Positions 1 through 13,213 of a stretch of DNA of 64,000 bases are shown here, piece after piece. The translations under genes and the position numbers were made by a program. The DNA is from Squalus acanthias (taxonomy: Eukaryota): the NCBI GenBank assembly GCA_030390025.1, contig CM059432.1, positions 85,190,001-85,254,000 on the forward strand, in the 5' to 3' direction. The stretch's first letter is position 1. Each line of letters begins with the position of its first letter. Below the pieces are notes generated by a model. The model was not told where the DNA came from. It worked only from the letters and a program-made list of their open reading frames with translations, and searched no databases.

Positions 1-1844
1 TGCTCCTCCGTAATGGGACCTCAGAGGCTGCAGCAAGACTGGTGGAAGGCTGCTGATTGTCAGAACCTGAGACTGCAGATGCCCTTGAAGGACGGCCTCG
101 ACCAGCTCTGGGCCTGGAGGGCCCGGCTGCAGACTGCACCAACTCTGCATGGGCGGCAGCAGTCTGTCCTACGGGCAGTGGCAAGTGCAGTGGAGAAGTG
201 ACAGTGGTGGCAGCAGGAATGCTGTCATCTTGAGAGAGGACAGCAACTCCCTGCTCGACCGACACACTGGCACTCCCACGGGGCAGCACTTCAGCATCCG
301 GAGCAATCTGCTGGAGCACAGATTGCTGGCCTGCTGCGGCGCGGTGACAGCCCCGGGGAAATGTGTACGAACCATCGAGGATGGCAGCAGTCAGTGCTCG
401 CGTGGCCTCAATCTGAGTCTGCATGAGAGCAGTCTGAGACTGAATTGCAGCACTAAGCTTTAGTGTGGCATCCGCCTGTGCTACAGCGAAGTGCTCCACA
501 CTCCTTGCCAGTGATTCAATGCATTCGGGCACCCTTCCCACTGCACCCATGAGCTCAGTGTGCATGTCCACCGCCTGGGTGTTCATTTCAGCAATGAGCC
601 GCTCCTCCTCTGCGTCCAGTGCAGCAGGAGTCGCTGGCATACTCTCCCTCCGGGGAGAAGGCCCCCGTTCTTCCCTACCCCCATGGCGTTGCTGCAGCCC
701 GCTGGGTCCTGGAGCTTCACCCTCATCAGACCCTTCCCCCCTGCTCCCCTCCAGGGAAGGCGTGTTCCCAGTGTGGGCATGGGCTTCCTCGGGAGAGAGT
801 GGCACTGATGCTCCACCTTCATCTTCCTCCTCGCCTGCAGCTTCACTCCCACTGGCAGCTTGAAGGCCCGTCTCCTCAGCTGGTGAATCACCATCTGAAA
901 GCAGGGAGGTACAAGAGTGGTTTTAGCGTGAGGACAGGGTGACAGTAAGGGAGGAATAAGTGCAGCGATTTAGTAAGTTGGATTGAAAGTGTCAAAGGCT
1001 GGTGTTGTGAGGGACAAGTGGAAGGACAGAGGACAAAAAGGTGCTGACCTTACCATTGCTGTCCAGAACGGGGTCGGCGTCTCCAGTGGCGACGGGACCG
1101 ATCACCCGGCTTGCCACAATCCTCTGGACGCGCGCCTCAAGATCGCTGAGGGGTTGCAGCTGAGGCCGCCCTCCACCCGTCCGTTGCTGCTGTCTCCTAT
1201 TATGAGATAGCTTGGCCTGCAAGAAAAAGGACGGCGTCTGAGTAAATATACAGCCATGGTCTTGCCTTATGTGCCTCCCATAGGTGAATAGCCCTACTGT
1301 ATGCAGCCATGGTCTTGCCTGATGTGCCTCCCATAGGTGAATAGCCCTTACTGTATGCAGCCATGGTCTTGCCTGATGTACCTCCCATAGGTGAATAGCC
1401 CTTACTGTATGCAGCCATGGTCTTGCCTGATGTGCCTCCCATAGGTGAATAGCCCTTACTGTATGCAAAGTGTGGAATGTGCGTGTGTGTTTCATGAGAG
1501 GGCCATAGGTGTTGGATGAGTGTTGTGCATTGGGGTTTTAAGACCCTCTGGCCATAGAGTGAGGTTGAGATGGAGGGATGGAGAGGTATTGAAAAAAAGC
1601 CACTCACCCTGACGATCCGAGTGAGGTCGTTGAATTTTTTTCGACATTGTACATGGGTCCTGGGCACCATGCTCCTGCAGGAGACGCTCTGAGCCACCTC
1701 CCTCCACACTCTTCTGTACTCGCGCGGCAAAGGCCTCCTGCCACTCTCAGGGAAGAGTATACATCTTCTGCGCTCCACCGCGCCAACCAGAGCATCCAAG
1801 GCCCGCTCGCTGAAGCGCTGAGCTCGTTCTCTCACCCTCTCCAT
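1..1844 (-). CDS. Harbinger Myb/SANT-like DNA-binding protein, spliced: exons 1844-1608, 1216-1054, 894-<1
   Basis: Exon 1 reads MERVRERAQRFSERALDALV...WREVAQSV...RTHVQCRKKFNDL (Myb/SANT, MSANTD-like). Splice sites are AGG|GTGAGT, TTGCAG|, G|GTAAG and TTTCAG|. Phases join, and exon 3 is open to the window edge by manual translation. Confidence 0.8.
1251..1465. repeat. Tandem repeat, 4 x ~54 bp, in intron 1 of the Myb gene
   Basis: Unit CAGCCATGGTCTTGCCTGATGTGCCTCCCATAGGTGAATAGCCCTTACTGTATG at 1251, 1304, 1358 and 1412. Confidence 0.95.
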
Positions 1845-2205
1845 AGTCCTTGGCTGGAAGATTTAGGCACAGGTCTCTCCAGGCCGAGATTCAAGGCTCC
1901 AATGAGCAGGGTGTGGCTGGAGTGCAAGATCGACCCTCCCCTTTAAGAACTGTCTGGCGCCAGTGTGTCTGTGTTCCATCGCTAACTGACAGCACCTGCG
2001 CTGCGCCCGCGCTCTGAGTTAGCGCCTCGCTCCTCGGCCTTTGCGCCTTAAGACAGGTGTGTAGCGCCTGATTTAGCGCTCCAATCACCTCCAGGGGCGA
2101 TAAAAGTCAAGTTTGCAGTCGGTGGCGATAATTAGTGCCAGGCGCTAATCTTTGCGCCTGGCCGATAATTGCGCCCCAAATGGGGCGATACTGAATTTCT
2201 CCCCC

Positions 2206-5200
2206 AAAGAGTCATATAAAGTTGCCAGAAAAAGTAGCAAACCTGAGGATTGGGAGCAGTTTAGAGTTCAGCAAAAAAGGACCAAGAGATTGATTGAGAA
2301 GGGAAAAATAGAGTATGAGAGTAAACTTGCAAGGAACATAAAAGCGGACTGTAAAAGCTTCTACAAGTATGTCAAAAGAAAAAGATTAGTGAAGACAAAT
2401 ATAAGTCCCTTACAGTCAGAAATGAGAGAATTTATAATAGGGAACAAGAAAATGGCAGAGCAATTAAACAAATACTTTGGTTCTGTCTTCACAGAAGAGG
2501 ACACATATAACTTCCCAGAAATGCTAGGGAACCAAGGGTCTAGTGAGAAGGAGGAATTAAAGGAAATTAGTATTAGTAAAAAAATAGTGTTGGAGAAATT
2601 AATGGGACTGAAAGCCGATAAATCCCCAGGGCCTGATAATCTGCATCCCAGAGTACTAAAAGAGGTAGCCATGGAAATAGTGGATGCATTGGTTGTCATC
2701 TTCAAAATTCTATAGATTATGGAACAGTTCCTGCAGATTGGAGGATGGCAAATGTAACCCCGCTATTTAAAAAAGGAGGGAGAGAGAAAACAGGGAACTA
2801 CAGACCGGTTAGCCTAACATCAGTAGTAGGGAAATTGCTAGCGTCTATTATAAAGGATGTGATAACAGGACACTTAGAAAATATCAACAGGATTTGATAA
2901 AGTCAATATGGATTTATGAAAGGGAAATAGTGTATGACAAACTTGCTGGAGTTTTTTGAGGATGTAACTGGTACAATATAAAAGGGAGAACCAGTGGATG
3001 TGGTGTATTTGGATTTTCAGAAGGCCTTCGATAAAGTCCCACATAAGAGGTAAGTGTGCAAAATTAAAGCACATGGGATTGGGGGTAATATACTGGCATG
3101 GATTGAAACATAGAAGATAATAGCAGGAGTAGGCCATTCGGCCCCTCGAGCCTGTTCCGCCATTTAATGAGATCATGGCTGATCATCCAAATTTAGTACC
3201 CTGTCCCTGCTTTCTCCCCATATCCCTTGATCCCTTTAGCCTTAAGAAATATATCTAACTCCTTCTTGAATATATTTAATGAATTGGCCTCAACTGCCTT
3301 CTGTGGTAGAGAATTCCACAGGTTCACCACTCTCTGGGTGAAGAAATTCCTCCTCATCTCAGTCCTAAATGGCTTACCCCTTATCCTTAGACTGTGACCT
3401 CTGGTTCTGGACTCCCCCGCCATCGGGAACATCCTTCCTGCATCTAGTCTGTCTAGTCCTGTTAGAATTTTATAAGTTTCAATGAGATATCCTCTCATTC
3501 TTCGAAACTCTAGCGAATATAAGCCTAATCGACCCAATCTCTCTTCATACGTCATTCCTGCCATCCCAAGTATCAGTCTGGTAAATCTTCGCTGCACTCC
3601 CTCCATGGCAAGAACATCCTTCCTCAGATAAGGCGACCAAAAATGCACACAATACTCAAGGTGTGGTCTCACCAAGGCCTTGTACAACTGCAGCAAGACA
3701 TCCTTGCTCCTGTACTCGAATCCTCTCGTTATGAAGGCCAACATACCATTTGCCTTCTTAACCGTCTGCTGCACCTGCATGCTTACCTTCAGCGACTGGT
3801 GCACAAGGACTCCCAGATCTCGTTGCACTTCCCCAAGGAAATTCTCCTGAACACATGTCAGAAATTCCTCCCCCTCTTTTCCCTTTACCCTGGCATTGTC
3901 CTAATCGATATTTGGGTAATTAAAGTCCCACAATATCACCACTCTATAGCTCTTGCATATCTCTGCGATTTCCCTGCAGATTTGCTCCTCTACCTTCCTC
4001 TCACTATTTGGAGGCCCATAGAATACCCCCCAATAGCATAATCATACCCTTTTTGCTCCTCAACTCTAACCAAATGGATTCTGTCATTGTCCCCTCAAGA
4101 ACATCCTCTCTTTCCAACAGTACAATGTCTTCCTTAATGAGCACTGCCACCCCACCTCCCTTTTTTCCTTCCCTAACTTTAGCAGGGCCCTCATGTCGGC
4201 CAAGAGCATCTCAGCAGTCAGAGCAGGGATCTGAGCACACTGCCCCTGCCTCGGCTAAAGCCACAGGCGTGGCATCACCAGGAGCGATAGGAAAAAGAGT
4301 AAAGCTTTGTAATTGCACAAGGGTATGCACATGCATAGAAGCATAGAAGCATAGAAGATAGGAGCAGGAGTAGGCCATTCGGCCCCTCGAGCCTGCTCCG
4401 CCATTTAATGAGATCATGGCTGATCATCCAAATTCAGTACCCTGTCCCTGCTTTCTCCCCATATCCCTTGATCCCTTTAGCCTCAAGAAATATATCTATC
4501 TCCTTCTTGAATATATTTAATGAATTGGCCTCAACTGCCTTCTGTGATAGAGAATTCCACAGGTTCCCCACTCTGTGGGTGAAGAAATTCTTCCTCATCT
4601 CAGTCCTAAATGGCTTACCCCTTATCCTTAGACTGTGACCCCTGGTTCTGGACTCCCCCACCATCAGGAACATCCTTCCTGCATCTAGTCTGTCTAGTCC
4701 ATTTAGAATTTTATAAGTTTCAATGAGATTGGTTAACAGACAGGAAACTGAGAGTAGGAATAAATGTCTTTTTCGGGATGGCAGGCGGTGACTAGTGGGG
4801 TACCGCAGGGATCAGTGCTTGGGCCCCAGTTATTCACAATATATATCAATTATTTGGATGAGGGAACCAAATGTAATATTTCCAAGTTTGCTGATGACAC
4901 AAAACTAGGTGGGATTGTGAGTTGTGAGGAGGATGCAAAGAGGCTTCAAGGCGATTTAGACAAGTTGAGTGAGTGGGCAAATGCATGGCAGATGCAGTAT
5001 AACATGGATAAATGTGAAGTTATCCACTTCGGTAGGAAGAACAGAAAGGCAGAGTATTATTTAAATGGTGATAGATTGGGAAATGTTGATGTACAGAGGG
5101 ACTTGGGTGTCCTTGTACACCAGTCACTGAAAGCAAACATGCAGGCGCAGCAAGCAGTTAGGAAGGCAAATGGTATGTTGGCCTTCATTGCAAGAGGATT

Positions 5201-5822
5201 TGAGTACAGGAGCAAGGATGTCTTACTACAGTTATACAGGGCCATGGTGAGACCACACCTGGAGTACTGTGTGCAGTTTTGGTCTCCTTACCTAAGAAAG
5301 GATATACTTGCCATAGAGGGAGTGCAGCGAAGGTTCACCAGACTGATTCCTGGGATGGCAGGACTGTCGTATGAGGAGAGATTGGGTCGACTAGGCCTGT
5401 ATTCACTAGAGTTTAGAAGAATGAGAGGGGATCTCATTGAAACGTATAAAATTCTGACAGGGCTAGACAGACTGGATGCAGGGAGGATGTTTCCCCTGGC
5501 TGGGGGGTCTAGAACAAGGGGTCACAGTCTCAGGATACGGGGTAGGACATTTAGGACTGAGATGAGGAGAAATTTCTTCACTCAGAGGGTGGTGAACCTA
5601 TGGAATTCTCTACCACAGAAGGCTGTGGAGGCCAAGTCACTGAATATATTTAAGAAGGAGATAAATAGATTTCTAGACACAAAAGGCATCAAGGGGTATG
5701 GGGAGAGAGCGGGAATATGGTATTGAGATAGAGGATCAGCCATGTTCATATTGAATGGCAGAGCAAGCTCGAAGGGCCGAATGGCCTACTCCTGCTCCTA
5801 TTTTTCTATGTTTCTATGTTTC
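2206..5822 (+). mobile_element. 5'-truncated CR1 LINE (ORF2 RT region and 3' tail), split by an insertion at 3107-4730
   Basis: Motifs [33 protein letters not shown] and RTRGHSLRI; TTTCTATG tail near 5803-5820. The host reads GCATGGATTGA|GATTGGTTAAC across the insert. Confidence 0.9.
3107..4730 (-). mobile_element. Chimeric insertion of two CR1-derived segments (copy of ~38255-39322 plus inverted copy of ~33577-34130)
   Basis: Shares the nested CR1-in-CR1 junction (GCACTTCCCCAAGGAAATTCTCC) with ~38970 and the CR1-tail/Harbinger junction (TATGCATGTGCATACCCTTGTG) with ~33970. Confidence 0.85.
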
Positions 5823-7662
5823 AAAGATTCACAACCCTCCGAGTGAAGATATTTCTCCTCATCTCAGGCTGAAATGCCCTGCCCCTTACCTGCGACTATG
5901 CCCCCTAGTTCTCGACTCCCCAGCCAGGGGAAACAACCTCTCAGCATCTATCCTGTCAATCCCCTTCAGAATCTTATATGTTTCAATGAGATCACCTCTC
6001 ATCCTTCTAAACTTCAGAGAGTACAGGCCCAATCTATTCAATCTCTCATCATAGGACAACCCTTTCATCTCAGGAATCAATCTAGTGAACCTTTGTTGCA
6101 CTGCCTCTAAGGCAAGCATGTCCTTCTTCAGATAAGAAGACCAAAACTATGCACGGTCTTCCAGGTTTGGTCTCACCAAAGCCCTGTACAATTGTAGTAA
6201 GATTTCCTTACTCTTGTACTCTAGCCCCCTTGCAATAAAAGTCAACATGGCATTTGCCTTCCTAATTGCTTTCTGTACCTGCATGCTAACTCTCTGGGCA
6301 CGATTTTGTCATTGGGGTGGGCTGGGGTCGTGTCATCCGCTTTTTGTGTTAGCCACCCGACTCCAATTGGATGTGGGAGAATTATTCGATTTTCCCCTAA
6401 TTGGGCAATTGAGTTCCAGCATGTGGGAACCCATGACCCAATTAGTTTTTTCAGTCTGAAAGTCGCCTCTGATGATGTCATCATTGCTGCTGCATTTAAG
6501 GTCTGCAAAGACTGGGAAGCTTTTGGCCTTTGCTGTGAGAGGGACCTGGAGGCAAAATGAGCAGCAGGAGACCTAAGTCTGCTCCCAGATTTTTTTTGTA
6601 CCACCACCACCACCACTACTACTCCTCCAGGCTCCAAAGTTCCACAACAATGGTTATGACTGCTAAAAGTTCCCCCAGAATGATGATTGATCAAATCTCC
6701 TTCTTAATGGTGGACCTGCAGCTGATAGTCAGCAATCCAAGTGTGCTACCGCCAGGTTTCACCGTCGTGTTTCAGAGGAGGCGTACATCACGTCGGAAAA
6801 GTGTTAAAATCAGAAAGGCCTCTCAAAATGGGATTATAGAGGCAATTAAATGGTTGTTAAGGGCCTTAAGGGCCTATCCCGCCTCTTGCAGGCGAGACGG
6901 AGACGGGATCAGAAACCACGCATTTGGGAAAATTGCTCGGAGGCGGGATGGAGGCGGGGTCGGGCCCGCCCGCCATTTTTTGCAATTTTAACACCCCACA
7001 CAACTCCATTCCCGCCTCCTCGGGCCTGGCAAAATCGAGCCCTCTGTGTTTCCTGTACGAGGACACCTAAATCTCTCTGAACACCAACATTTTATAGTTT
7101 CTCACCATTTAAAAAATATTCCGTTTGTCTATTCTTCCTACCAAATTGAATAACCTCACATTTCCCCACATTATACTCCATCTGCCACCTTATTGCCCAC
7201 TTACTTAACCTGTCTATATCCTTTTGCAGGCTCTTTGAGTCCTCCTCACAGCCTACTTTCCCACCTAGCTTTGCATCATCAGCAAACTTGGATACATTAC
7301 ACTCGGTCCCTTCATCTAAGTCATTAATATAGATTGTAAATAGCTGAGGCCCAAGAACTGATCCTTGTGGTACCCCACTAGTTACAGCCTGCCAACCGGA
7401 AAATGACCTGTTTATCCCTACTCTCTGTTTTCTGTCCATTAACCAACCTTCTATCCATGGTAATATATTACCCCCAACCCCATGAGCCCTTATCTTGTGT
7501 AACAACCTTTTATGTGGCACCTTATCGAATGCCTTTTGGAAATCCAAATGTACTACATCCACTGGTTCCTCTTTAACTACCCTGCTAGTTACATCCTCAA
7601 AAAACTCTGTTAAATTTGTCAACCATGATTTCCCTTTCATAAAACCATGTTGACTCTGCCAA
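5823..7662 (-). mobile_element. CR1 LINE RT fragment interrupted by a MITE
   Basis: ORFs 7092-7673 (QHGFMKGKS...DFQKAFDKV...KFADD) and 5886-6119. Confidence 0.85.
6296..7042. mobile_element. Non-autonomous Harbinger element (MITE)
   Basis: TIRs GGGCACGATTTTG / CAAAATCGAGCCC with 3-bp TSD TCT; the host CR1 sequence rejoins cleanly. Confidence 0.85.
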
Positions 7663-7689
7663 AGGCAAGTCACCTTTTAACTTACTTTA

Positions 7690-9889
7690 TGATGAATGGG
7701 AAGACATGAATTGACAGGGACCAATGCAGGGATATGTAAGGGGTGGTTGGTTATTTGCAGGACTGCTTTGTGTCAGTGGCATTGAAGCAGGACGGGAAGA
7801 GTGGCCATTGCATGTGCTTCTGACATTGGTCCACTGGTGCAACCTAAGTAAATCATGTATTAATAAGGGCATCCCTGGCATCCCGGTCAGCAGTGTGAGC
7901 AGCTGGTGGTGCATCGCCCTCAGAACCTTTCTGCTCCTCGTCCTCGTCCTCCTTGGAATCATCTGCAGACGATGCGTACTCTGCACCTTGATCATCCTGC
8001 AGGTCCAAACCTTGCTGTTGTGCAATGTTGTACAGAGCGCAGCACACCACGACCATTCAAGACACCTTTGCTGATACGTATTGAAGGCTGCCTTCAGATC
8101 TTTCTAGGTACCTGAAGCGCATCTTCAGCATGAAGATAGCTTGTTCGATCACACATATGGTGGTCATATGGCATTAATTGTAGCGCAGTTGGGCTTCATT
8201 GGTTTAGTTTCTGAGGGATGCCATCAGGCAAGTTTGAAGTGGGCATCCCTTGACTCCTCGCAGCCACCCCTTAAGTCTGCTTGCAGATCTGAAGACGTCA
8301 GGAAGCTTGGACTGCCGCAGGACGAAAGCATCATGGCAGCTCCCCGGGTATCTTGTGCACACCTGCATAAATATCTCTTGGTGGTTGCACACCAGCTGTA
8401 TATTTAAGTAGAAGCCCTTGTGGTTCACAAATACCCCTGGTTGATCTGGGGGTGCACGGATTGCCACGTGTGTGCAGTCAATAATGCCCTGCACCTGTGG
8501 GAAGCCAGCCAGAGATGCAAAACCGAGCACCCACTCATTCTGACCAGCGTCATCACAGGCAAAGTTCACATAATTGTCGGCCCTGGCATACAACCCATTA
8601 GTCACCTGCATTCCGCATTTGTGGACTGCTGACTGGGAAATCCTGGATATGTCTCTGGCAAAGCCCTGGAAGAATCCGGAAGCTAAAATGTTGACGGCGG
8701 TGGTGACTTTGACAGCCATTGGTAACACGAGGCCACCAGATCTAGCAAGCAGCAGATGTCTGCCACCACCTGACGCAACAACCTAAGGCTCCTGAAACAC
8801 TGTTCGGACATGTCAAGGAAGCTCAGCCTCTTCCTGTATACCCTATGTCACAGGTAGTGCCTCCTGCGAGCTGCTTCCCTCTGCTGCTGCCCTCTCTGTT
8901 GCTCCCCTCTTTGCTGCTCCGCTCTCTGCTGTCCAGCTACAGGTCTCCCAAGAGCAGCTGCTGCAGAGGTCATATTGTTCCTCAACCGAGGTCCAATCTA
9001 AGGCAGCCAAAGTGCCACCCATCCTGCTGTGATTCAGAAAACTTCCAAAGAGTAGAAAGTAAACTCTCAGCAAAAGAAATGTGAACAAACACTTTCCCAC
9101 TAGCAACTAAGTTAGCAACTGAGTACTGAGTATTTATGACAGTATTTCCCTGAGTTTGAATCAAGCCCCTCAATTGCCATTGTGTTCTCGCCTTGCTTTC
9201 ACTGGTGAGTTTCAGGAAGCCTGGGAAACCTGTCAATGCACTGTTAAATTTGAAAGTGAGTTGAAATCTCACTCCAATTGAGCGATTAGCATATGTTAAT
9301 AGGCAACCCAGCTCTCCTGAGTGGGTTGCGCGCAAGCGACAACAACTTTCATTTATATAGCACCTTTAACATAGTAAAACATCCCAATGTGCTTCACAGG
9401 AGCATTATGAAACAAAATTTGACACCGAACCACATAATTAATTATTATTACAGGTGACCAAAAGCTTGGTCAAAGAGATAGGTTTTAAGGAGTATCCTAC
9501 AGGAGGGTAGAGAGGCGGAGAGGTTTAGGGAGCGAATTCCAGAGCTTATGGCTTAGGCAGCTGAAGAAATGGCTGCCAATGGTGGAGCGATTAAAATAGG
9601 GGATGCGCAAGAGGCCAGAATTGGAGGAGTGCAGAGATCTCGGAGGGTTGTAGAGTTGGAGGAGGTTACAAAGATCAGGAAGGATGAGGCCATGGAGGCA
9701 TTCGAAAACAAGGATGAGAATCTTAAATCGAGGCGTTGATGAACTGGGAGCCAAGCAGCCTAACGCGCTCCAGTTAAATGTGGAATTTGGCGGGTTGGAG
9801 CCGGCTTCTCGACGCGCTCACATTTTTGCCGGTTTTTAACCCCCACCCGCACCCAAACTGACATGCTCCTCCAGATTAAAATTCACCCC
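7690..9889 (-). pseudogene. Decayed Harbinger transposon with frameshifted HARBI1-like DDE transposase
   Basis: Fragments AGFPQVQGIIDCTHVAI, YPGSCHDAFVLRQS and VVCCALYNIA; terminus AAAATTCACCCC near 9889. Confidence 0.85.
9337..9752 (-). mobile_element. L2 LINE 3' fragment inserted in the Harbinger
   Basis: FKILILVF...LWNSLPKPLRL; homologous to the L2 at 53970-54938. Confidence 0.8.
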
Positions 9890-10303
9890 AGAGCAGCAGG
9901 AATCCATAAATATTATGTTGTCTGGTACATTTTTATTTTAATAGTTTAAACCTCATACGTTTTGGCCGGGATCTTCTCCCATCCTCTGTTTGGGGCACAA
10001 ATCTAGTGGGGTGTGGGGCAGTGCTTTTGTCAATCACAAAGATGTACTTCTTACCTTGGCCAACCTTCCGGCTTTGGGGCCAACGGCATTTTGGAGGTGG
10101 ATGACTGGGGGCCAGTGTTTTGCTGTGGTAGGCCTCAGTAGCCTGCCGCAGCATAGCAATACAGGAAGCCTCCAAAAACATAAGTTTCAAAAAAAGCATT
10201 TACTTCTCTCCTCTTTGGCCATTGCATTCTCAAGTTCTTAAAGCATTTGTGGAAACCAGGAAAAAAAAATTTTGGGGCACTTACCGCAGCAGGAGAACAC
10301 TAG

Positions 10304-11069
10304 GGGCCAGAAATTCGGCACTTGCCGGGCGAGTACGCGCGGTGTACTCACCCGTAAGGCCACCTGAAGTGCCGGTTTCCTGCATGCACTGCGCATGCGC
10401 GGGAAACCGGAACTTCCGGTCTCGTGAAGGGAGGGGTTCAGAGGTGAACCGCGTGCATGGGAGAGGCTGCGCGCACGCAGCGAACTTCAGTTTTTTTTCA
10501 GGTTTCTCCGGGAAGGTAAGTATGGAAGAAGCTGCGCTTTTAAAAAGGAGGCGCAAGACCCGTTTTTAACAAGGTAAGTGGTTAATTAATTACAATTTAA
10601 AAAAAATTTCAACAGGTTTATCTTTTTTAGATACTTTAAAGAAAGGTAAGTTTATTTTTAGCACTGTTAAAAAGTATTTTAATTTTTTCAAAAATTTAAA
10701 TTTTTGTTTAAAGTAGTTAATTTATTTAACTTATAGTTATTTTTTAAATGTGATGGTTTTTTTAAAAATGTATTTGAAGTTTAGGTGTTGTTTTGGGGCC
10801 GATTTCAATTCATAGATTTGACAGGTCTTCCTGTCAAATCTATGAATGAAAGATGGTCTGCTGCCATTGGCTCTCCATGGCCCACGTGATCCCAGGGGAC
10901 GCATCGCACTAACTACGTCCCTGGGATACACAAGCACTGCGTGCCAGCAGCTGCAGGAGGCCCAGGAGCTGAAGTCCCCGTGGGCCCAGCGGTCAACGGC
11001 AGGTGCGGTAGGTAGGTGCGTGCACGATCCTTGCACCCGCGGGAAGGCAGGGAGCCAAATTTCTGGCCC
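10304..11069. mobile_element. Harbinger-type MITE (inverted relative at 62294-63032)
   Basis: TIRs GGGCCAGAAATT / AATTTCTGGCCC with TSD TAG. Confidence 0.85.
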
Positions 11070-11087
11070 TAGATACTTGAGCTCAAT

Positions 11088-11867
11088 GGGGGAGAAATAC
11101 AGTATAGCCCCATTTAGGGTGATAAAACTTTGAAAGTTGAAAAATTAGCGCTAGCTGCTAATCATTCTCGGCTCCTGCGAAATTCACTTTTAGCGCTCCA
11201 AGAGGGAAGTGGAGCGCTAAATCAAGCGCTAAACACTTCTCTTAGGGCGCGAAAGTCCAAGAGCGGGGCAGTAGTGGCAGAGTGCTAAACAATTTCAAGC
11301 GCATTGTGAACGGCACTCTTTCATCACAGAGGCTGCTTCCTTCGCTTAAAGGGAAGGGCCAATGATGCTGCACAAGCTAGTTGTCGTCAGTCCTGTTATG
11401 CAAGGCGACCTGGGCGACTGCCATTACAGCCCCAAACACTCTCACAAAGTGGAGGGCTTGGACATCTTGCACCAATGAAACAGTAAAAAATTTGCGCAGG
11501 CACCAGACTGGTGCAAATAATAAAGGTTGCGCGAGCTGAAAAGCATTCCCTTTAATTACCGCTCACAAAGCGGCCAGCCGAGTTCACAACGCCTCCTCTT
11601 GCTGCCATTGTTGGCGCGAGGCGATAAAGCAGGAGCGCGAGTGAAATTTTCATCCAGGGCGATAACGGGGCACTGCGCACTTTATGACCTCACGATCTGG
11701 GAGGCGCTAGAGGCCCAGGCGCTAAGAGTTATCGTCAGCGCTAAACCAGCACTGAAGTTCGCAGGCATCACTGCATTCGCCGCACCCAAGCGATAACCCC
11801 TTAGCACCCCGTTAGTGCCCCCCGCCAGGCACTAATGGGAGGCGCTAACATACTGAATTTCTAGCCC
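11088..11867. mobile_element. Harbinger-type MITE
   Basis: TIRs GGGGGAGAAATACAGTA / TACTGAATTTCTAGCCC with TSD AAT; termini resemble the 35018 family. Confidence 0.8.
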
Positions 11868-13213
11868 AATAGGTGTTTCCTGTGCCCTCTGTTCAGAGGA
11901 CAGAAATCATGGGCAATTGGCCTATCCTTAGTGCAAGGGTTGAGGAACAGGAAGTGCGAAGGAAGGTGCAGAAGGAAGAAATGCAGTGCACCTCTGAACA
12001 CTTTTCCAGCCTAGCCAATCCCAGATTCACCAAATAAATTAGCAGAGGCTGAGCGGGAAATCCAGGCCATTAGTTTAAGCCTACTTCAGAAACAGGGAAA
12101 TTTGAGCAGTGGATATGCAAGTGTTTTCTGATGTGATACACCTAGAATCGCTCCTTCAAGTACAATGTCACTGTTGAACCATTCACGTTTGAAATCAATG
12201 CCTTTATTTTTCAAATGATTTATGAAGGTCACATTGTGATCCAGCATTTACAAGCTATAAAAGGAAAGTTATTTGTGATGCTGATGACTACCCTGAAAAG
12301 CAATAGCAGGTGTTAACAATTTTATTATTTCAGAGCTTGAAATCTGGATCAATACCAGAAGCAGCAATGAACACATGCACAGTCAGAAATAGCACGCAAG
12401 GAAATAGTAAACCAGCCTAGCAGCTGAACATTTTAACATTAATTGTTTTCCTTCCACTTTATTCAGTCCAATAATATAAATGTATAACCACATACCTCTA
12501 TTACTTTTATTGTAAAATGTTTTACACATTAATTCTAAAATACCACTACACTAAATATTACTCCTATAAAAATATTGAATATCTGAAGACATGCAAATTG
12601 ACAATTTGTTCAGTTTGTTGGATTCAGCAATACCAACTAATAAACTAGTCAAGGATTTGAAAATGTACTATTGAATCTGACCTATTTCACTGAGGAATAA
12701 TAATGTTAGTCTGATCCATGCCTGGGAAGAAGGCGTCAGATGGAAACCAGGAATTAAGTTCTTCATTTTAGGTACTATGGTCATTCACAACACTAATAAT
12801 GTTAAAAATGAGTAGCACCAGCAGGACTCTGTTTTGGCCTGTGCCCTCTTAAGTACCTTAAAGGTCCTAAATGTATTAATGTGCCTGAGTCAGAAGGTTG
12901 TGAGTTCAAGCCCTACCCCAGGAATTAAGCACATGATCTAGACTGATATTCAGTGCAGAACTGAGGAACTATTGCATTGTTCGAGATGTTGTGCTTCAGA
13001 AGAGATACTCGCCAAGACCTCCTACGTTCACCTCAATAAATATTGCTCTTCTCCTTCCTGACCTCACCACCATAACACTTTTTGATTGGCTCCCATTAAA
13101 TTGCAGCAAGTCAGAACGAAGGTCATCTGAATCAAAACGAAAGAAAAGAAAATGCCTGTAAAATTGCCGATGAGAAAATACTAAGGACTTACGAATGCAA
13201 CGAATGCTGAATA

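Larger units (their letters stand above)
1..2205 (-). mobile_element. PIF/Harbinger DNA transposon, one arm with TIR and Myb/SANT gene (continues off the left edge)
   Basis: Terminus ACTGAATTTCTCCCCC ends at 2205. The terminal ~250 bp is near-identical to one end of the non-autonomous copies at 35018, 56617 and 63833. Carries a spliced Myb/SANT gene. Confidence 0.85.

Noticed and set aside
1251..1465. Regular repeats as a CRISPR-like array (also 29411-29629)
   Set aside because: Head-to-tail units with no unique spacers, in a eukaryotic TE context.
1200..1844. 214-aa ORF as a single-exon protein
   Set aside because: It reads through the GTGAGT donor at 1607 into intronic repeats; the spliced model fits better.
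7690..9000. Domesticated HARBI1 host gene
   Set aside because: Multiple frameshifts and stops, a terminal repeat, and several paralogous decayed copies in the window.
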